Made by a program: the position numbers and the translations under genes. From Macrostomum lignano (Eukaryota): a stretch of 64,000 nt of DNA. The notes beneath the pieces are model-generated. The model worked only from the letters and a program-made list of their open reading frames with translations, was not told where the DNA came from and did no database searches. This document shows, one piece after another, positions 37,327 through 49,165 of the stretch (positions within the stretch are counted from its first letter, which is position 1; every line of letters begins with the position of its first letter). The DNA lies in the NCBI GenBank assembly GCA_002269645.1, contig NIVC01003248.1, forward strand, positions 1-64,000, written 5' to 3'.

Positions 37327-40300
37327 TCAGAGCTCAGTGATGGCCCCTGACTCTTTAGTCGCGACTGTGCTGTAGGTGCCACGTCGCCCCGACACGTTCA
37401 TCCCGCTGGTGCTGGCGAGTTCGCAGCCGCCAGTGCTGCGGCCGCCTCGGCCACCACGGCCGCCCCCGCCTCCTCCGCCGCGGGTTCCATCAGCGCCGCG
37501 TCTGCGGTTTTTCTGGACGGCATCGCCGCAGCAGTTGCAGCTGGGCACGGCCTGGCGGAAGGCGGAGCCAAACGCGTAGACGGTGAAGCTCAGGCAGTGG
37601 TTGGCCAGCTTGGCGAAGCGGCACACGTGGCCGGCCAAGCCCCAGGCCTTGATGTTCAGCGGCGAGCTGCCGGACAGCCACTTGGCCAGGCGCATCAGCC
37701 AGCCGCCGGTCACCAGGTAGTAGGGCAGGTTGAACACCAGGAACAGCAGCAGGATGCTCACGAGAGTTCGCGTCAGCCGGCGGTTCTGCGCAGCCACCTG
37801 GTTGGCGCACGCGTTTCTTGAAGCGGCGGCTGCGTCCTCCTGCTGATCCTTGCCGACGTTCAGCTGTTGAAGTCGCCGACCGACCGCTCGGATGAGCAGG
37901 GCGCTGGCCGTAGCCATGACAACCAAGGGTAGCACGGAGAACAGCAGCCAGCCGTTGGCGCTCCAGACCTTCCGAGCGCCGCGAGCTCCCGGCGACTGCG
38001 AACAGACGCCAGCGATGCGGCATCCGGTGCCGTTGACGCCGGGGACTTTGGCCGTCAGCAGGCGCGCGGTGAACACGGAGTGGCAGTTGATGGCAGCGCT
38101 GATGAGCAAAACGACGCCGACTTCCAGAAGAATGCGGCGGCGACTGCGGCGCACGGTGGAGCGGAGCATGCAGAGCCACTCAACGCTGACGGTGGCCAGC
38201 AGGTTGGCGGACACGCAGAAGGCCGTGGTTGGCAGGAAGTAGCGAAAGCTGCGAGGGGCGAGATTTTGGGTGGTGATCAGTCCATCGTACTGACCTCAAA
38301 AATCCCACCGCCCTGCATTTCAATGAACAATCAGGAAAAGTTTCATGTATCAGCTGGTGTCCTGAATCCGATGGGTTCTGTACTCATCGTCTGTCTAATA
38401 GCGGGACTCGATAGAGCAACCGCACCACTCTAATAAGCTCTGCTTCAACTTTTTGCTGTTCCAAGAAGGTTGGGCATTTCGCTAATGAAAAAGTCTTTAG
38501 TGAAGACGGTGGCAGGGAGGCTTCCGTCAAGTAAATCAGCAAACCAGTTGCTAGGCTGCTATAGCTTGTATTTCCCTGCTATTTTTCCAGCAGTTTTCTC
38601 ATCAAACGCCAATTTCAATTGAGGGAATTGAGCGTTGGTTCTACAGAAATGGACTTTTATTCCAGGGAATGCTGCAGGCTTGAATTCAGCATAAACAGCT
38701 GCACTTTTCTCACTTAGAAAGTTGGCTTCAAGGTTTTATCAAGGATCTCGTTCAAGACTTCTGCAAACAGTTTACACTTGAAGAGTAATCAAGTAAAAAC
38801 TGCTGGGTGGAACCTGTTGGCATCAAGGGTGCGACAGACACCGGCAGTCGGTGCAAAAATTTGCACAGGAATTGGACAGCTGATCTGCCTACACAGATGG
38901 AACTGATGGAGATCTGCATCAGCACAGGGACAGACAGACATGTATGATGCTTGCACTTTCTACTGCAAGTTCAGGGCTGCGTTCGGCATAAACAGTTTGC
39001 AGCAGCTGCTGTACTAGGTGCTGCAGCTCCCCATTTGTCACTACTGAGAGGCACCGCTGCTTTGAACTGGGAACTTGTGCATGAGAACTGAAACTGCATT
39101 TAGCTGCTACCGCACTAGAAGGTCCATTAGGTCGTCTGTCTCAGATTTTGATTTATTATCATTTTATTGCCAACTCCTGCCGCCGCCAGTGCATTGGCAA
39201 GCCCGGGACGCGGCTACACTGGCGGAATAATTTGCTGCGCGGAATGCTGCAGTTACCGGGGTGACTCCCTGGCCTTCTTTACGAGCCTGATAATGTACTT
39301 ACAACCTCATGGCAAATGGATCTGCCTTCCATTCGAATGAATCCAAATCAAGTAGTTTTTCCCATCGCAAACGGTTTGTTTTGTGGCAATCTTTATTGAC
39401 TAGATAAAGCCTAACTTTGCATCCGAATATATTTTATACATTAAACATTTGCAGGTTTGTGGGCCGCTCTTCCTACCAAACACGACGGCTTTCTGCTGCG
39501 GCGACGGGTGGGTCGACAACAACCGGAGGGCGGCTCAGCATGCTTGGCTACGCGGACAATCTCTCTTTGCTGTCCTTAACTGTCGAGGGCTCCACGCGAC
39601 AACTGGACAAGCTAGTCGCTGTTGCGGCGAGTGTCGGCCTGGTGGTCAACACGCAGAAGACCGTCGGGCTATGCGTGCCGGACGACATCGAGGCTGCAAC
39701 AAAAGGCGCAAAAGTTGGACAGGCGGTGGAGCTTTCAAGTTGTTGGCAGTTCATCTACCTCGGCAGTTTGGTTCCCGGCGTCCACGAAGATCTGCGGCAT
39801 CACCGCGGGGTTTGCCTGAGCTGCCTTTCATTCTGTGAGGGCAGTCGTTCGGTCAAATGCCCTACCTGACCGCCAGAGGCAGCGGTCGAGACCGTCCTGC
39901 TGTACAACGCTAAGATCTGGACGCTGACGGACTTGCTCGAGCAACCAGTAGGTGGCCTGCAGCGCGCCGCCTTGAAGATTGGCGACTAGCGAACGTTTCC
40001 AATGCGACTGCACTGCATCGCCGCGCCGGCTGGTCCATACAAGCGACCTGTTGCGCCATTTGCGACTCAAGCTGGCAGGCCACATCATCCGCGCCCGCCG
40101 AGTCGCACTGCTTACAGCTGGTGCAGGTGGTTCTACTGAAGCTGCAGGCACCCTACTGGCGAAGACAGGCGTGCACTCGGCTGAAGCCGGCACCCCATAT
40201 TGACGCGTGGCCTTCGTTCAAAGGCGACCCATGACTTCTGACCGAACATTTTGCTGTTTTTGCGCCATGCGGGCTGGGCTGGCTCTCACGGGTTAAGCTA

Positions 40301-42420
40301 CTCCCCCCTTCTCTCCTTTGAGCTGCAGAAAGCACTCTGATATGAGAGCGAAACCCACGGGGAACCGCGCCACTGTTCTTGAACTGAGTCTGGTCGACTT
40401 TCAAGTCGATCATAGCTCGTATGGGGATGACGTTCTTTTTCTTCATAATTTCTTCAATTATGGAATGATATTCCAGCTTAACTCTGCATTGGTTTAAACT
40501 GCAGAATCGGGTGATTAGACTTGGCTTGGGAACAAAGCAGAGTTTTCATCCAATCACGGGCTGCGTGGGGCAGGAAACAGATGAGCGAAGCAACCAATCA
40601 GGGCATCGGGAGAGGAGTTGGCGTCAGACAAACCATGACAGTAAAACTGAGGCAGTGAGCTGTAAAACCAGCTGAAACTAGTCAAGTATAAGTGCAAAGT
40701 TCTAATTTTTCAAATATTTCAATGGCGTCCATTTCTATTGTAGGGGCAGGATATATGGATGCAATATTGCACGAGATGCCGTCGCGTTGAGTCGGAAGGA
40801 ATTAGTCAGCTAAGGCGAATTGGTGCCGCAGCCTGGGAAGAATAGATGAGGGAAGTGATGCCTCAGGCCCGACTTGGCTGAGAAATGAGCCAGGAAGTCG
40901 GCCTGACGGAGCGCCCAGCAATCTGTTCTGGATTCCGGACTTTTCTCTCGCTCAGCGCACTTCCGAGAGCCTCCTGGCCCCGTCTGTCAGGGTCCAATGG
41001 AGGCTGCGCTAATGTCGCCAGTTGATGAAGCACCCGATTTAGCGGGGAGAGATGCAGGGGGAACTGTTTGGCCTCCTGGCCCGGACCCTCTGTCTGCGAT
41101 AAGGATCAGCCAGTTCAAACTGCTGCTCGCAAGTTTGGCGCGATCCCGGAACTCTCGGCCCTCACGCGCGCAAAAAACCGGAAGGCTTCTTGCGAACTTC
41201 CTTTCTGGCTGCTGAACCTTTCGAGCAGAGCTGGCCGCTGTATGTACAGTACATTGATGTGCTTCAAGTTCATGGCGCGGTGTAGAATCCAACTTTATTA
41301 TTCAAATTGGACCGCATGAATAAAGTGAGCAATTTCTTACGAGTAAATGATCCGACTCAGAGTTTGGGAAACTGCTCACTTTTGATGAATAAAGATTTAT
41401 CTCCAACTTAGAGCACATTCTCAGCCACCCGAGCAGCTGCTCAGTCGCTTTGAACCATAGACATAAAATAGATATCAAAACTCCTTTCCCTTTCTTTGCG
41501 GCTCAAAGGAACGAGTGTGGCTCGCCTCGCAAGCAAGATCTGCCAGGCGGTAGAAAAAAAAAGCCAAGTGAATGAAAAAAGCGAAGCAGCCTTCTGTAAT
41601 TATCCTCGCGAACGCATCCAGCGTACGTCGCTCCAAGCACACTTGCATTCGGGCGGGTGCCCTTTCTGCAACAAAATGAGGCACGCTAACAGAGCAGTAA
41701 GGTGATTATTCTGCTGAATACGACGATGGCCCGCTGAGCATGCCGCCGACTTGACTCGAGAAAATGCGAGCAAATGCTTAAAAATTTTGTCTATGGCCAG
41801 AGTTTCTAGTATCTATGCTCGTGCGGCCTTAGTGTTCAATAAACTGTCAAGTCATAGCTGATCATTTGTAGTCTGCCTACACCAAAACCAGGGCATTTCA
41901 GAGTTCGTTAATCACATTTTTGCAGTTTATAGTCTTCCCAAAGAGCCCAAGATGGCGCTTGACAGAGCTCAGCCCATCTACTCAAAGCGCGCCAATCCAA
42001 ACCTCAAGAATGTTAGATTTTTTTATATTCCCCGCAGCGCTTGAAGCCTCCAATTTTGAACACGAACCCCAAACAGAAAACCCGCAGAGAAACTGACCGA
42101 CACTGCATCGACGAGGTGGGGAAGACGATCCCCATGGTGAGGCAGATTTCTATCGCCAAGCTGCCGATGGACAGCAGGTCCGCCAGCGAAATCGCCAAGA
42201 AGAAGCTGAAGATTGGCGACCGCCGCAAGAGGCCTCCGCGGGCCATCACGCTGATGCCGAAGCAGTTGCCTGCGACACCCACCGCTGCCACCACCACCAG
42301 AGCCGTCACCACCAGCGGCTTCGACTTTTCAGAGGCCCACCGGCAGCTTTCCTCGGCTTCCACTGTGAGGTTTCCGCCTGACTCCGCTGCCTCATCTTGT
42401 AGAGCGGTGAAATTCGTCAT
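37327..42420 (-). CDS. Rhodopsin-class (peptide-receptor-like) GPCR, 414 aa, 2 exons (42420-42098, 38248-37327)
   Basis: TM1 GVAGN; TM2 LAISLADL; extracellular Cys (QCR); TM3 end SVEWL; TM6 FLVFNLPYY; TM7 LANHCLSFTVY. Phase-2 intron GTCAGT...CGCAG, total 1245 nt. Confidence 0.88.
39250..40110 (+). mobile_element. Decayed non-LTR retrotransposon RT fragment in the GPCR intron (same family as 4254-4758)
   Basis: RGDSLAFF (QGD-like); LGYADNLSLL (YADD motif); LVAVAASVGLVVNTQKT; FIYLGSLVP; LQRAALKIG. Contains stops and frameshifts. Confidence 0.85.
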
Positions 42421-43235
42421 TGTGGGCTGTCTGAAATGCAACAGTGGCGCAGTCGGAACCCAGCTATAGAAGTCACTCTTAGGCTGCATGCAAATGCAAC
42501 TCACCCGCTGCGGGAGACTTTGCTGGTGCGTGGATTTTCCTTTCAGTTGGGCAATCCCTCCCGCAGCTGTTCCCCTATTTATCGTTGCTGCCTAAACAGA
42601 AATCCCAAACCGATGGGTACAGGATGAGCCCCGAGCAGCCAATAAGCAAACCGGAGTCGCCCTGCCCTCGCGCTGGAAATTCTGCCTTGCTGACAGCCAG
42701 CTAATCCCGATTTCCGATGCCGACCAGGGAGATGCTGCCCAGCTCCATCTTTTGATTGGAGTTTGCTCGTCTCTTTAGGGGCTCGGTTTGTCTTGCAAAC
42801 ACTGACCATCTGGCCAGTTTTGTCACCATGGGAACAGTGCGACAACAAAACTATCTCTAGTTCTGGTGAAAAGTTAAGCTTTACATTGTCCCCACTATGT
42901 AAGCAGGTTTATTTGTTACCCCCGCTCCTGGTGGAAAGCCGCAGGACTACTCACAGAGGCATCGATCGCTGCTCCCCTTAATGCCCTCGAGTAAAATATT
43001 TGAGATGAGGCCGTCCGCAAACGAGAACTGATTTTGGCAACAGCCTCTGTTCTCTTCTCTGGGCATCAGTTCTCTGTGTAAAATAGGAATTCAGGTTGAC
43101 TAGTGCAGTTTAATCATACACATCACTGTAAGAATGCCCAAGGGTTTGAAAAAGTCACGAAATTAGTTTATGAGTCACATCGTAGGAAAACTTTCTCAGT
43201 GAAATGCTGACGCAGAGGGGAAAGGGTTGGTTTTG

Positions 43236-44125
43236 CCCATTCTGTGCTAAGAGACATCATATCCGATGGTTTCGCCCATTCTGCGCTAAGAGACATCATA
43301 CCCGATGGTTTCGCCCATTCTGCGCTAAGAGACATCATACCCGATGGTTTCGCCCATTCTGTGCTAAGAGACATCATACCCGATGGTTTCGCCCATTCTG
43401 CGCTAAGAGACATCATATCCGATGGTTTCGCCCATTCTGCCCTAGGAGACATCATACCCGATGGTTTCGCCCATTCTGTGCTAAGAGACATCATATCCGA
43501 TGGTTTCGCCCATTCTGTGCTAGGAGACATCATACCCGATGGTTTCGCCCATTCTGCCCTAGGAGACATCATATCCGATGGTTTCGCCCATTCTGCGCTA
43601 AGAGACATCATACCCGATGGTTTCGCCCATTCTGTGCTAAGAGACATCATATCCGATGGTTTCGCCCATTCTGCGCTAAGAGACATCATACCCGATGGTT
43701 TCGCCCATTCTGCGCTAAGAGACATCATACCCGATGGTTTCGCCCATTCTGTGCTAAGAGACATCATACCCGATGGTTTCGCCCATTCTGCGCTAAGAGA
43801 CATCATATCCGATGGTTTCGCCCATTCTGTGCTAATCGACATCATACCCGATGGTTTCGCCCATTCTGCGCTAGGAGACATCATACCCGATGGTTTCGCC
43901 CATTCTGCGCTAGGAGACATCATACCCGATGGTTTCGCCCATTCTGTGCTAGGAGACATCATACCCGATGGTTTCGCCCATTCTGTGCTAGGAGACATCA
44001 TACCCGATGGTTTCGCCCATTCTGTGCTAGGAGACATCATACCCGATGGTTTCGCCCATTCTGTGCTGAGAGACATCATACCCGATGGTTTCGCCCATTC
44101 TGTGCTGAGAGACATCATGTCCGAT
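43236..44125. repeat. 39-bp minisatellite, about 22 copies
   Basis: Unit cccattctgtgctaagagacatcatacccgatggtttcg; 13-aa periodicity in the ORF track. Confidence 0.96.
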
Positions 44126-44929
44126 GGGATGTGGCTAAACGTTTCTCGTGTGCGGCACAAAATGATAGCTATTTTACAATTTACAAAACTAAAAAGCGAC
44201 AGATAAGTGTCGTGGTGTGTGCTGTTTGTTACGTAATCGGAAGCATTTACGATATCCGCCATTTATGCTCTTACTTTTGTAAACGCTGGCCACTCTGTTG
44301 TCATGCAGTTGAGATGCAGCTAAGCAATCCGAGCAGTCTTGGCGGATGCTGAACTTCATACGGGAGACGGAACTGTGCCTGCAAAGGGAAATGACAAAAA
44401 ACTTGATCCGGTTATTGCACTGCGCTACCGACGTCCTTTAATCAGTCTACACGCATAGCAAGCTGAAATAAATCGCGCACAATATCCGAAATACTCAGAG
44501 AGCACAAAACTCACTGGAGCGATTTCGGTGTTTCGACAGGCAGTTGCGATCGGAGCTGAAATAATTCCCGAGTTGGGAACTAGAGAAGCACTTTTCTGCT
44601 CAGAGCGTGCACCAAGTTTGCTGTCTTTGCATCCGGTCGCTCGGCTAGGCTAGCGCTTGTAGAAGACTTTATTTGTCCCTCCAGACACGAGACAAAACTC
44701 GGGGCAGCTGCTAAAGGATATTAAGGACACCATTTTGATGTTTTTCCTATCCGGACTGAACTATACTTAATGAGCGCTCTGTGTCCAGAGTGAGCAAAGT
44801 AACGCCTGCTCGGACACTTTTATACAAGTAAGCAAATATGGTTTTCTGGCATAAAGTCAATTCCAAAGTTAAACATTTTTGTCCAGTCTCTTATTGAGAT
44901 GCAGCAGTGCAGCCCGCTCTCCCGCACCC

Positions 44930-45336
44930 GTAATTCATGAGAGGTCGAGCTTGGGATGCAATTCGATTGAATCCTAACAATGTGGCCGTGGATGAGCGAA
45001 GATTCTCAGGCGCATAAAGTCCTGGGGAAGGTTCTGCCAAGTGCAATGGCATGGGGCAACTTGAAGAAGTCCCGGACATGCTCGATGGGGTTCATGTCTT
45101 GGGGGAAGCAGGGTGTGGTTGGGAGACTGGGAGTTTGCATTACAATTAGCAGCTTACGGCGATCAGCCGTGGCTGGTGAGCTACGCAAATCGAGGTACCG
45201 ACTGCCTTAACGCGGGACTTTGCCAGCAGCCTTCGAATTTTGCTGCTCGCGTTCAACCAAAGCAACGTGCAGCCTCACTGATTGACACACCGTCTTCTAG
45301 CATTCCAACAGCTTGCCATCATTCAGCCTTAGTCAT
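44930..45336 (-). mobile_element. Internally deleted Tc1/mariner transposase remnant
   Basis: N-terminal HTH-like WQAVGMLEDGVSISEAARCFG (with in-frame stops), and PCFPQDMNPIEHVRDFFK resembling WPxxSPDLNPIEHxW. Confidence 0.6.
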
Positions 45337-45404
45337 TTGCCGCACAAAAATTTTGCAATCGTGCGTGTGATTAGTGTGAATTGGACTAACATGTGGACGA
45401 ACAG

Positions 45405-46160
45405 GAGGGTGTTGCATAGATTTGACAAGAGTGGCGCGACAAGTTACAAGTTGATTAGTGACAAGCTACAAGTGGGCCTGATTTGTGTTGCTGACGCACG
45501 CTTGTAGATTTAATTGACAAGTTACAAGTAGATGGGCAATCAACTGTAGTCTATGGTCGAGCTTATTCCATGCAGGTACAAATTGACTGCATGATTTTAT
45601 CTCCCCGCTAAGGTCTTCTTTGTTGTCCAACTATGCATTTCTTTAGATAAGCATGCCATTAACGAACGAAAACAAGCGACTGCTTTTATCTCTAGTTCGA
45701 GATCAAAAAAACCGTATTGTTTGGAGAATTTAGCGCCATTGTTACTAAGGACAAAAGAATTGCTTGCTGGAAGAATTTCCTTGAATTTTTTAAAGGGAAT
45801 GAATTCCCTTTCCTTGAATGTTCGGGGGCACTTAATTGGATCCTCCGCATCGGAATCTTCTGAATCCGAATCGTAAAACATTTTTGCTCAATGCATGTGA
45901 TATATGCTTTCAACCGATTACAAGCTTGAATAGCTCGTGGTTCACTACTCAACTTATCACACTTTAATTTACTATGACACTAGTCAATATTAGATTCTAT
46001 GCAACAAACCGCTTGTAGCGCGACTAGTCACTGTTCACTTGTAGCTTGTCGCCTACTTGTAACTAGTCAAGTATCTATGCAACATAAGTCACCATTCACT
46101 ATTCACTTGTCAAGCTTGTAGCTTGTAACTTGCGACTAATCAATTCTATGCAACACCCCC
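45405..46160 (-). mobile_element. PIF/Harbinger-like non-autonomous DNA transposon with TIRs and 3-bp TSD (CAG)
   Basis: GGGTGTTGCATAGA at 45407-45420 is inverted at 46145-46158; CAG at 45402-45404 and 46161-46163; subterminal TCTATGCAAC and ACAAGTTACAAG repeats; internal ORF 45597-45881 weakly resembles a Harbinger transposase N-terminus. Confidence 0.6.
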
Positions 46161-46350
46161 CAGAACAGAACTCCTTCAATCGGCTCGATGTGAAATTGTC
46201 TATGGCTTGAAGTCTGGCTAGCAAAAGAGGATTTTGGAAGAAGCTCAAGTCTGGCTTGAGCTCAGCCGAGTGCAGACCTGAACTACATACATAACATCTG
46301 CACGAGAGACGCGACTTCAAAACTTTGAAGAGTTTATACCAATAATAGCC

Positions 46351-48150
46351 ATGGATTTCATACGCTTGTCCGTCTTGCCGACAGATCTCCTACTTCAAGC
46401 CACCAATGAGGAATTCAAAGAGGAGTCCGAGACGACGCTTCCAGGCCGAAGGGTGTCGAATCTCAGCACAGGCTCGAACGATGATGCAACAGTTGTTCAT
46501 CGGGTTTGTTCCAGCCGGTGTGTGGAGATAATGCCCCTCCTGATTAACTCCAGCTTCAAGTCTAAGTACTGGACCTTCAAGACAGTCGCCATGCCAGACT
46601 GCTACGTATTCTCGCACAGGAGTTCGCGTTGCATCATCCTGGAAGTGGTTACCCGATTCCCGGAATCGCAGACTGAGAACCTGCACTCGTACAAGTTTTC
46701 CGCGCACCCATTGTTCGAGGACAAAGTGAGCACCTACACTAGGTGGAAAGGAAAGGACACGCCAAATCAAAACCTGGTTCGCTCCAGGACTTGGGATGTG
46801 GCACTGAATGTAGTGATGAAGATTGAGGCCGTGCCAGCTCCGTTTAACAAGTACCGTTACCTGCTGAAGCGTGAGTCGGAAATCCTGCAGTTTATGTGGG
46901 ACAAGTACCTGGACTCCGGCGCCGACATCGATGAAATGACGGGGATTCCTATGCTCTTCGAATACCAGGAGGTGCCGAACGACACTTTCTATGTGACAAC
47001 AAGCTCTAACCAAGTCGACGAGATTGACCAGTTCGGCAAGATGAAGCCGATCAGCTTCCCGCCTGCCTCAGACCAGCGAACGACCCTGTCGTACATGACG
47101 ATGGAGAAGTTGGGGCCCAATCTCAGCTACTTGCAGCGGCTCGTCAAGGCCGCTCAAGCACCGCCGTATACATTCGATTTGTGGACAGCAGCAAAGATAT
47201 TTGACCAGCTCATTTGCCGCATCCTGCAGGTGCACAAGTCAGGCGTCGTGCACAATGACATCTCGCCGGAAAACATCTACATGGGAAACGGAGTCGCATT
47301 CGACGTGGTCTACCTGAACAACTACAAGCGCTCGTACATCGTGGCCGAGGGAGATAAAAAAGGTCCGTCCGGCTTGGCCTCCTCGTCCATCGGCTGCAAC
47401 GTCCGGTTTGCCTCGGTAGGCCAGCTGAGTGGGTCGGTATACAACATGAGCCCCATTGACGATATTGAGTCGGCATTCTACGTGTTGCTGGCCATGCTGA
47501 GCGGCGACTCTCTGCCTTGGGACGGCGTGCTGCGCTTAAAGCGAACTTCGGAGTATTCGCTACGCGGCGCTTCGTCCAACTCCAATGCTCGAGTGAACAA
47601 CACAGTCACTGAGGAACAAAAGATGCAGATCCTGCCAACCCGAATCTCTAACGAGACTCTGAGAAAGGTGATGAATTTCAAAAATCGATTTTGGCAGTCA
47701 TCTCAGCTTGTTAACCTTGTCCTGTCCAACTGTCACTGCCTGTTTTCGGGTGACGCAAAGCAGGCGTCGAGTGTCGCGATGTTCATTACAGATTTGTACC
47801 TCCGGGTGCGGGACTGGCGACAGAACTTCAAGTCCTGCGACGACTACTATCAATACTCCAAGAAGCTCAACCGCTCATCCAGCGAGGAGTTCCGCCAGTT
47901 CATGGAGCTGCGCAAATGCGCGCTAGTTTACTTCGAGTTTTCCGAAACTTTTGACATACTCAACGACATCACTTTCCGCAAGAAGGTGGACCAGCTCAAG
48001 AATGACTCGGTTACCCAGCAGCCATGGAACGCTTTCGTGTGGTGCTTCAATAATATTGAAATCACGACGCAGAGCAAGAGGTCCGTCTCGTTTGTCTCCT
48101 CGGTTGCGCAAGGCTTCCGGAGAAAGTCAGTTGCGCCCACCAGCAGGTGA
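46351..48150 (+). CDS. Intronless casein kinase 1-family (CK1/TTBK/VRK-like) probable pseudokinase, 599 aa
   Basis: VVMKIE; LKRESEIL; GIP; MEKLGPNL; HNDISPEN; LNNYK in place of IDFG; GCNVRFAS; DDIESAFYVL; GDSLPW. Confidence 0.85.
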   Translation: MDFIRLSVLPTDLLLQATNEEFKEESETTLPGRRVSNLSTGSNDDATVVHRVCSSRCVEIMPLLINSSFKSKYWTFKTVAMPDCYVFSHRSSRCIILEVVTRFPESQTENLHSYKFSAHPLFEDKVSTYTRWKGKDTPNQNLVRSRTWDVALNVVMKIEAVPAPFNKYRYLLKRESEILQFMWDKYLDSGADIDEMTGIPMLFEYQEVPNDTFYVTTSSNQVDEIDQFGKMKPISFPPASDQRTTLSYMTMEKLGPNLSYLQRLVKAAQAPPYTFDLWTAAKIFDQLICRILQVHKSGVVHNDISPENIYMGNGVAFDVVYLNNYKRSYIVAEGDKKGPSGLASSSIGCNVRFASVGQLSGSVYNMSPIDDIESAFYVLLAMLSGDSLPWDGVLRLKRTSEYSLRGASSNSNARVNNTVTEEQKMQILPTRISNETLRKVMNFKNRFWQSSQLVNLVLSNCHCLFSGDAKQASSVAMFITDLYLRVRDWRQNFKSCDDYYQYSKKLNRSSSEEFRQFMELRKCALVYFEFSETFDILNDITFRKKVDQLKNDSVTQQPWNAFVWCFNNIEITTQSKRSVSFVSSVAQGFRRKSVAPTSR

Positions 48151-49165
48151 TCACTAATTGCTGCAACTACTTCTGAGTCTTCACAATGTACCGGGGGTAT
48201 GAAAACAATTGACGCACCGTGTATGCTAATATAATAAACAGCATACCTGTCTCTGTACTCTGGCCGTACGCTACCTACATTAATTATTTTATTCTGTTAC
48301 TAACCAGTAAGCGCAAACCATGAAATGTATTCCTACTGAAATCGCAATAAACTACTGACTGCAAGTGTAAAACAGCGCAGCGAATCTGCAATGCAGCCAC
48401 TGCGCGGGTATTCGAGTACAAATAATTAATCTTTAAGCCTTGAAATCTACTCTCTATAGTTTTTAGCAGTATGGTTTCTATATATTAGAAAACGGCATTC
48501 GTTGTATTTCACTCAGCGGAGGCTGGAAGCATCAGAGCCGATCTCGCAGTTGAAAGCCGGCCGTTCATAGAAAATAAAATAGAGAATCGGTGCTCAGTGT
48601 GCTCAAGAAAAGTCGCCGCAATGCACGGGAAAAATAAAATCAAGAGTATCCATCTCTATAAACTGATAGAAAATCTCGCGGCATAAATTAGGCACGTAAG
48701 CAGACATTCGAACAAGGAAAATCCCTGGCGAAGGAAAGCGGCGGCCAGGAAAGCAATGGACTGCGAATAGCGCGTGCTGGTTGCCAGGGCTGAGAGCAGC
48801 GAGCGCGGAAGACTAACAGAGTCGCTGTGCTTTGAAGGTGAGCAGTGGACAACGGGTCTACCAAGAGAACTCTTAGAATAACAATAAAAGGGCATCAAAC
48901 CAAAGAGTTTGGTCAGGTGCAGATATCGGGCTCAGAAATTATTACTGCAACACAGAACGTTTCCATGTTTTAAAATCCCTACAAGGCAATATAAAAGCTT
49001 TTATCTTTACGACGCAAAAGTACTCGTAAGTTCCAATTTTCAGAGAATTCTCAAAGTCAAATCAAAATCTGATTTTGATTTTTCAGTCTCGAAATTGCTG
49101 CAACTTTCAGTCAGCTGCTCTTGCAGGCGGCCAGTGGGCAGGCGCCCCACTCGCCATTAGCGGCG

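Noticed and set aside
43168-44352. Three overlapping 320-382-aa ORFs in the 39-bp array
   Set aside because: Open in several frames on both strands because the unit is a multiple of 3 and stop-poor; no domain or exon links.
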